DNA from: Sphingomicrobium sp.
GTDB lineage: Bacteria > Pseudomonadota > Alphaproteobacteria > Sphingomonadales > Sphingomonadaceae
Direction: 5' to 3'
DNA: 41,907 bases
Assembly: GCA_035250985.1 (NCBI GenBank)
Contig: DATFEO010000061.1
Span: 1-41,907, forward strand
Part shown: piece after piece, positions 36,653 through 41,907 of the stretch
Layout of the letters: each line of letters starts with the position of its first letter
Position numbering within the stretch: position 1 is the stretch's first letter
Notes under the pieces: generated by a model
Databases searched by the model: none
What the model was told of the DNA's origin: nothing
Seen by the model: the letters and a program-made list of their open reading frames with translations, nothing else
Translations under genes and position numbers: made by a program

Positions 36653-37345
36653 ATGTCCTGGACTGAAGAACGGATCGAGCGCCTGAAAAAGATGTGGCAC
36701 GATGGCGCCACCGCCAGCCAGATCGCCGACGAACTTGGCGGAGTCAGCCGCAATGCGGTGATTGGCAAGGCGCATCGGCTTGGCCTCGAGGCCCGCCCCT
36801 CCCCGGTGAAGCCGGGCGAGGAGAAGGAAGCCGCGAAGAAGCCGGCAAGGGGCGCCGCTGCCAAGGCTCCGCGCGCCGGCCGCTCCGAAGCTTCGGCCGC
36901 AGGCGCTCATGCCGCCGACGTCGCGCCCGGCGATGCCCCGTCCGGCGCCGGTCCGGATCTGCCGCCGGCAGTGCAGCGAGCGCAATCGCCCGCGACGCCC
37001 GATTCCGGCCTCCAGTATCGGTCAGTCGGCCCAGGCGGCTTCATCCGCCAGGGCCCGGGCGACACGCAGGCGCCGATCCCGCCGGCCCCGCCGCGCCGCC
37101 TGGTGCCTGCCAAGCCGAGCGCCGAGGTCGCCGACAAGACCAGCCTCCTCGACCTCAACGACCGCATCTGCCGCTGGCCGATCGGCCATCCAGGCGAGCC
37201 GGATTTCCACTTCTGCGGTGAGCCGGCCAACCCGGGCTTTCCCTATTGCGTCAACCATTGTGGCGTCGCCTACCAGGCGCAGCTTCCGCGCCGCGACCGC
37301 CGCCCGCCGCCGCCGCTGCCGTTTGGGGGTCCAAGGGTCCGCTAG
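36653..37345 (+). CDS. gcrA: Cell-cycle regulator GcrA
   Basis: MSWTEERIERLKKMW..G.TASQIA.ELGGVSRNAVIGKAHRLGL; CRWPIG.P....FHFCG...YC..H. Confidence 0.95.
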   Translation: MSWTEERIERLKKMWHDGATASQIADELGGVSRNAVIGKAHRLGLEARPSPVKPGEEKEAAKKPARGAAAKAPRAGRSEASAAGAHAADVAPGDAPSGAGPDLPPAVQRAQSPATPDSGLQYRSVGPGGFIRQGPGDTQAPIPPAPPRRLVPAKPSAEVADKTSLLDLNDRICRWPIGHPGEPDFHFCGEPANPGFPYCVNHCGVAYQAQLPRRDRRPPPPLPFGGPRVR

Positions 37346-40023
37346 GACCTCAGAAACGCCCCGATCTCGCGCTTCAGGATCGGCCAGGCCGGCTCGTCGC
37401 CTAGCGGGACATGGTTGGCGCCGTCGAATTCAAAGAACCGCGCTCCGGCAATGGCGTCCGCCACCTCCCTGCCGGCGACCAGGGGTGCGTTGCCGTCCTT
37501 GTCGCCATGGCAGACCAAGGTCTCGGCGCGGATATTCCTGAGCTCGTCGCGCACGTCGATGCGCGAGGCGAGCTCGATCATCGGCTCCATGTTCTTGACC
37601 GGGCCGAGCGTCGCGAAATGCTCGTTGTGCCAGTCGATCAGCTTCTGGCTCGCCGATGGGAAATAGAGCGTGATGAACATTTCACCGAGCAGGCTGCGGC
37701 GGAAGGCCGGCCTCTGCCGGTTCATCTCCAGCAGCGATTCGCGATAGGCGACCTCTTCCGGATCGGCGCGCACCCGCCATCCGGCGGCGAAGCTGTTGAC
37801 CAGCACCAGCTTGCGCACGCGCGCCGGATTGCGCGCCGCAAAGGCCATGGCGATCGCCGCGCCGTGCGAAATGCCCATGAGGTCGCATTGCTCGATCCCA
37901 GCCTCGTCGGCCACCGTCTCCAGGTCCGCTACCAGATGCTCGAAGGAAAACCCGGGCAGGTCCCAATCCGACTTGCCGAAGCCGCGCAGGTCCATCCGCA
38001 CCAGCCGATTGGCCTGGGAGCCGTAATCGATCCAGTGGCCATAGACCGGACTCGTCCAGTCATGCTCCAGATGCGTCATCCAATTGGGTGCCTTGAGCAG
38101 CGGAAAGCCGCTGCCGCATTCGGCAAAGGCGAGCCTGACGCCATCCCTTGCCTTGCAGCTGCGGACCACATCCTTGGGCGGCTTGCGGATGATCGCCGGT
38201 GCAGCCGCTTCGCCTTCCGCCAGGAAGGCACTGACGGCGGCGGTGAAGACGGGCCAAGCCGGCTCGGTCTCGATCAAAATATGATTCTGGCCTTCCAGCG
38301 GGACGAACTGCGCGCCCTTTATCCGGTTCGCCAGGAACTCTCCCGCCGCAAAGGGAACGACCTGGTCATCACGCGCATGCGCGACAAGAGTCGGCACGCG
38401 CACGCGGGGCAGCAGCCTGGTGACATCGATTTGCGACAACGCGCGCTGGATCTTGATGCTGTTCTCTGTCGATGCGCTGATCCGCTGCACTTCGGTGAAC
38501 CAATCGGCCTGCTCGGCCGAGGCGCCAGGGATGTAGAGGTTGGTGAACAGCTGCCTGTAGGCCGGATTGTCGGCGCCCCAACCAACTTCGGTCAGGGTCA
38601 GCATCGCCTCCCGCCGTGCTATTTCCTCCGGATCACCTCGCGCTCCCCAACCCTGCGAATAACCGCCATAGAGCACCATGCGCCGCACGCGCTCCGGGTG
38701 GCGAACCGCATAGGCGATTGCCACCGCCGCGCCCTGGCTGATGCCCAGCAGGTCAAAGCGGTCGAGTCCGGCGCAATCGACGACGCTCTCCAGGTCATCG
38801 ACGAACGCCTCGAAGCTGATCTCCGGAGTATCCCAGTCCGAAAGGCCGTTGGCTCGCTCGTCATAGCGCACCAGGCAGTGGTCCTTCAGGAACTCGCCCA
38901 TCCAATGCCGCCACAACGGGCTTTCCCAGTCATGCTCAAGATGGTTCAGCCAATTGGCGGTCTTCACCAACGGGGGTCCCTCGCCGACCACCGACCAGGC
39001 CAGCCGCGTGCCGTCGTGCGCGGTGCAATAGCGGACGGTCTGCGCGGGCAGGTGTGACGCCGCCGCCGCCGCGGCGGCTTCCTCTTCCGCCTCAATGCGC
39101 CGCCGCCAGGTCGCCGGCGGCTCGCCATATTCGCGCTTGAAGGCACGGTTGAACGCAGCCTCGCTGTTGAAGCCAACGGCATAGGCGACATTGGCGGTGT
39201 TGTGCTTGCCGTCGCGCAGCATGTTCGCCGCCATGCGCATCCGCCAGCGCGCGCAATAGCGCATCGGCGGCTCGCCCAGCAGCTCGGCGAACTTTTCGCC
39301 GAGAACGGTTCGTGAGACACCGGCCTCGCGCGCGAGAACCTCGACGGTCAGATCCTCGGCATAACGGGCATGGATGATCGCCAGCGCCCGCGACACCGCC
39401 GGATCGGCGAGGCCCTTCAGCCAGCCCTTGGCGCCGGTCGGCAGCTTGTCGACATACTCGCGCACCGCCTGCGTCAGGAACAGCTCGGCCAGCCGCGCGA
39501 CGACCTCCTGAGACGGCTTTTCCTCAGCCAGGAAGCGCATCGAGCTGTCGAGCCAGCCTTCCTGCCCCGTGTCGATGTCGAGCGTCAGGAGAGGCGGCAG
39601 GGCGTCAAGCAAGGGATGGACGCTGTTCTTGGCCGTCCCCAGGAACCCGCACCAGATCTCGGTCGGCGGGCCCCCGCTGCCGCTAGTCACGCGGTGGATG
39701 CCCTCCTCGGTGATCCAGCCGATGTCGTCTACCTCAACGGGCTTCAGGCCCGCCCGGCTCTCCAGTACATGCGGGTCGTTGCGCGGCAGGATGGCGATTT
39801 CGCCGGCTCGCACCGTCATCGGCGGCATGCCTTCGACCTCGACCACCATCTGGCCTGATCGGACGTAGTGGTAGCTGATCAGCGTCTCGGGCGCCGGGAA
39901 GAAGGGCGCAAAATGCTGCGGCGTGAATTCCGACCTGAGGCAGAATTCTCCACTCAGCTGGCCATCGATCACCACTCCGCCCGTCAGGCGCAGCGAGCCG
40001 AGGATGTCGGTTAGAGCGTCCAT
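37342..40023 (-). CDS. Cupin-AraC transcriptional regulator fused to two alpha/beta-hydrolase domains
   Basis: MDALTDIL cupin start; AraC HTH (LAREAGVSR, VGFNSEAAFNRAFKR); two hydrolase repeats with GISQG and GISHG nucleophile elbows. Confidence 0.9.
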   Translation of the reverse strand: MDALTDILGSLRLTGGVVIDGQLSGEFCLRSEFTPQHFAPFFPAPETLISYHYVRSGQMVVEVEGMPPMTVRAGEIAILPRNDPHVLESRAGLKPVEVDDIGWITEEGIHRVTSGSGGPPTEIWCGFLGTAKNSVHPLLDALPPLLTLDIDTGQEGWLDSSMRFLAEEKPSQEVVARLAELFLTQAVREYVDKLPTGAKGWLKGLADPAVSRALAIIHARYAEDLTVEVLAREAGVSRTVLGEKFAELLGEPPMRYCARWRMRMAANMLRDGKHNTANVAYAVGFNSEAAFNRAFKREYGEPPATWRRRIEAEEEAAAAAAASHLPAQTVRYCTAHDGTRLAWSVVGEGPPLVKTANWLNHLEHDWESPLWRHWMGEFLKDHCLVRYDERANGLSDWDTPEISFEAFVDDLESVVDCAGLDRFDLLGISQGAAVAIAYAVRHPERVRRMVLYGGYSQGWGARGDPEEIARREAMLTLTEVGWGADNPAYRQLFTNLYIPGASAEQADWFTEVQRISASTENSIKIQRALSQIDVTRLLPRVRVPTLVAHARDDQVVPFAAGEFLANRIKGAQFVPLEGQNHILIETEPAWPVFTAAVSAFLAEGEAAAPAIIRKPPKDVVRSCKARDGVRLAFAECGSGFPLLKAPNWMTHLEHDWTSPVYGHWIDYGSQANRLVRMDLRGFGKSDWDLPGFSFEHLVADLETVADEAGIEQCDLMGISHGAAIAMAFAARNPARVRKLVLVNSFAAGWRVRADPEEVAYRESLLEMNRQRPAFRRSLLGEMFITLYFPSASQKLIDWHNEHFATLGPVKNMEPMIELASRIDVRDELRNIRAETLVCHGDKDGNAPLVAGREVADAIAGARFFEFDGANHVPLGDEPAWPILKREIGAFLRS

Positions 40024-40197
40024 TCGAGAACCGAGTCCGGCGTTTCGGTCAATTTATCCGGCAGCCCAATCATTTTGGCAAACGGCGGCTTCACCTAAAG
40101 ACCCGCCGTCACCTTCGCGGGATGATTCTGAGGTTCGGCAAGCATTGCTTCCGAAATCGGCATCGTACGCCCGTGGAGAATCGAAAAGGGAAAAGTC

Positions 40198-40314
40198 ATG
40201 TACGATTCTTCGGCCAAGAAAATGCGCCAGGTCTGGATGATGATCTTGTTCTCGTTTCTGTCCGGCCTTTCGGCGGCAGCGACTGCCGTCGTGCCGTTGT
40301 TCGTCAACGCATAA
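40198..40314 (+). CDS. Unannotated 38-aa hydrophobic peptide MYDSSAKKMRQVWMMILFSFLSGLSAAATAVVPLFVNA
   Basis: SD AAGGGA before ATG 40198, tandem TAA TAA stop followed directly by the next gene's SD; below the ORF-track size cutoff. Confidence 0.6.
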   Translation: MYDSSAKKMRQVWMMILFSFLSGLSAAATAVVPLFVNA

Positions 40315-40331
40315 TAAAAGGACAAATTTCG

Positions 40332-41237
40332 ATGTACCATGACTTCAATTACGAAGCGACGCTCGCCTCGTCGCTGCGTGCGGCGTGGAAGCTCGACGAC
40401 GTTCTCGCCGAGGACCAGGAACTCGATTTCACCCGCAGCTTCATGCCGAACGGCCTGGCGCGCACCGCCGAGCTCGACACACTGAACCCGTCAGAGCAGC
40501 TGTTGCTGAACCAGATCGCCGGCAACACCTATTTGCACATCTTTGTGGTCGTCGAGGAATTCATCCTCCCGTTCCTGATGGACCATGCGCGCGACATGCT
40601 GCACGAGGACGACTACCAGGTCCGCGCGCTGCTCAACTTTGCCAACGAAGAAGCCAAGCACATTCACCTATTCAAGCGCTTCGCGGGTGCCTTCCAGCGC
40701 GGCTTCCCAGTCGATTGCCAGCTCATCGGCCCGACGGAGGCAATCGTCGCCGAGGTGCTCAAGCACAATCCTTTGTCGGTGGCGCTTGTAATCCTGATGA
40801 TCGAGTGGATGACCCAGGCTCATTATCTGGAGATGATCCGCGACAATGGCGACCTCGATCCCCTCTTCAAGAGCCTCTTGAAGAATCATTGGATGGAGGA
40901 AGCCCAGCACGCCAAGCTCGACACGCTGATTGTCGAGGCGCTGGCCAAGGGCAAGAGCGAGGCCGAGATTGATGCGGCCATGGACGGCTTCTTCTCGATC
41001 GGCGCCTTTCTCGACAGCGGATTGGAGGCGCAGACAACCTTCAACCTCGACGCCCTGGAGAAGCTGATCGGCCGCAAGCTCGAGGACCGCAAGCTGATCG
41101 AGCAGCAGCAGCATCAGGCGGCCCGCTGGACCTTCATTGGTTCCGGGATGGTCCATGCGCGGTTCCGCCAGATTCTCGGCTCGATCTCGCCGGCGGCCCT
41201 GGCCCGGATCGACGAGGCGGCCCCGATTTTCGCCTAG
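40332..41237 (+). CDS. Ferritin-like diiron-carboxylate protein (putative oxygenase)
   Basis: SD AAGGA; E...EEAKH...E...EEAQH ligand pattern typical of four-helix diiron proteins. Confidence 0.75.
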   Translation: MYHDFNYEATLASSLRAAWKLDDVLAEDQELDFTRSFMPNGLARTAELDTLNPSEQLLLNQIAGNTYLHIFVVVEEFILPFLMDHARDMLHEDDYQVRALLNFANEEAKHIHLFKRFAGAFQRGFPVDCQLIGPTEAIVAEVLKHNPLSVALVILMIEWMTQAHYLEMIRDNGDLDPLFKSLLKNHWMEEAQHAKLDTLIVEALAKGKSEAEIDAAMDGFFSIGAFLDSGLEAQTTFNLDALEKLIGRKLEDRKLIEQQQHQAARWTFIGSGMVHARFRQILGSISPAALARIDEAAPIFA

Positions 41238-41270
41238 CCCAGGCCCTGAAAACCAAAAAAGGAAATCCCA

Positions 41271-41834
41271 ATGTTGAATTTTGTCTCCGCGCCGCACGTC
41301 AACGGCATCGACCTCGCTGCCGTCAGCGAGGCGGTCGACGCCATCGAGAAGGACAAGAGCCAGGCGCAGGCTACCTTCGAGGTGACCACCCGCTGGGCTG
41401 GCCAGACCCGCAGCGAGTCGGTCGTCGAGGCCTTCACGCTGGGCGGCGAGCGCCTCGAGCGGCAGCATCGGATCCTCGCCGACGAGCCCTGCGAGTTGTT
41501 TGGCACCGACAGTGCCCCCAACCCGCAGGAGCTTCTGATGGCGGCGTTCAACGCCTGCATCATGGTCGGCTATGTCGCCAATGCCGCGCTCAAGGGCATC
41601 CGGCTGGATTCGGTCGAGATCCGTACCCGCGGCACGCTCGATCTGCGCGGCTTCCTTGGCCTGAGCGACCAGGTGCCGCCTGGCTATGAAAGCGTCGAAT
41701 ATGACGTCTTCATCAAGGGCGATGCGTCGTCGGCGGATTTCCTCGAAATCCACCAGAATGTCATGAAGACCTCGCCCAACTACTTCAACTTGAGCCGCCC
41801 GGTCCGCCTGAACGGCACGATTCACGTTGGCTGA
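41271..41834 (+). CDS. OsmC/Ohr-like family protein
   Basis: VNGID, ADEP..LFGTDSAPNPQELLMAAFNAC, LDLRGFLG, TSPN. Confidence 0.85.
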   Translation: MLNFVSAPHVNGIDLAAVSEAVDAIEKDKSQAQATFEVTTRWAGQTRSESVVEAFTLGGERLERQHRILADEPCELFGTDSAPNPQELLMAAFNACIMVGYVANAALKGIRLDSVEIRTRGTLDLRGFLGLSDQVPPGYESVEYDVFIKGDASSADFLEIHQNVMKTSPNYFNLSRPVRLNGTIHVG

Positions 41835-41843
41835 ACCACTCAC

Positions 41844-41882
41844 CTCGGGCGCGCGACCACCCCTCTCCTCCGCGCGCCCGGG
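41844..41882 (+). other. GC-rich stem-loop with CU-rich loop after the OsmC-like gene
   Basis: CTCGGGCGCGCG/CGCGCGCCCGGG stem, loop ACCACCCCTCTCCTC. Confidence 0.6.
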
Positions 41883-41907
41883 CTCCCTCATGACCGCGCT
41901 GCGTGCG

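Noticed and set aside
41890-41907. Start of a further CDS (ATGACCGCGCTGCGTGCG)
   Set aside because: Only six codons are visible and there is no clear SD, so it cannot be supported as a feature

Overview
GC-rich alphaproteobacterial chromosomal segment. A Sphingomonadales-like origin is inferred from gene content and order, not from a database search. The housekeeping backbone is glyQS, two TraB/GumN genes, rplY-pth, ychF, apt, petABC, hemF, lipB, queCE, hslO-argF-argD, an ABC permease and gcrA. No rRNA, tRNA, CRISPR array, transposase or prophage was recognised. Four accessory elements stand out. (1) A co-oriented cluster of three paralogous TPR-sulfotransferases flanks a TonB-dependent receptor that has acidic Tyr-rich segments, its own promoter with a CRP-like operator and a 3' stem-loop; a coupled MaoC gene follows (13646-21514). 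(2) An 893-aa cupin-AraC regulator fused to two alpha/beta-hydrolase domains lies divergent from an unannotated 38-aa peptide, a ferritin-like diiron protein and an OsmC-like protein (37342-41907). (3) An SDR-SPW-VKOR fusion lacks the VKOR CXXC cysteines. (4) A three-hairpin, anti-SD-bearing RNA candidate sits upstream of queC. In addition, five of eight convergent gene pairs share one CTAG as both stop codons. All product names come from motif recognition by eye, and start codons were refined manually.
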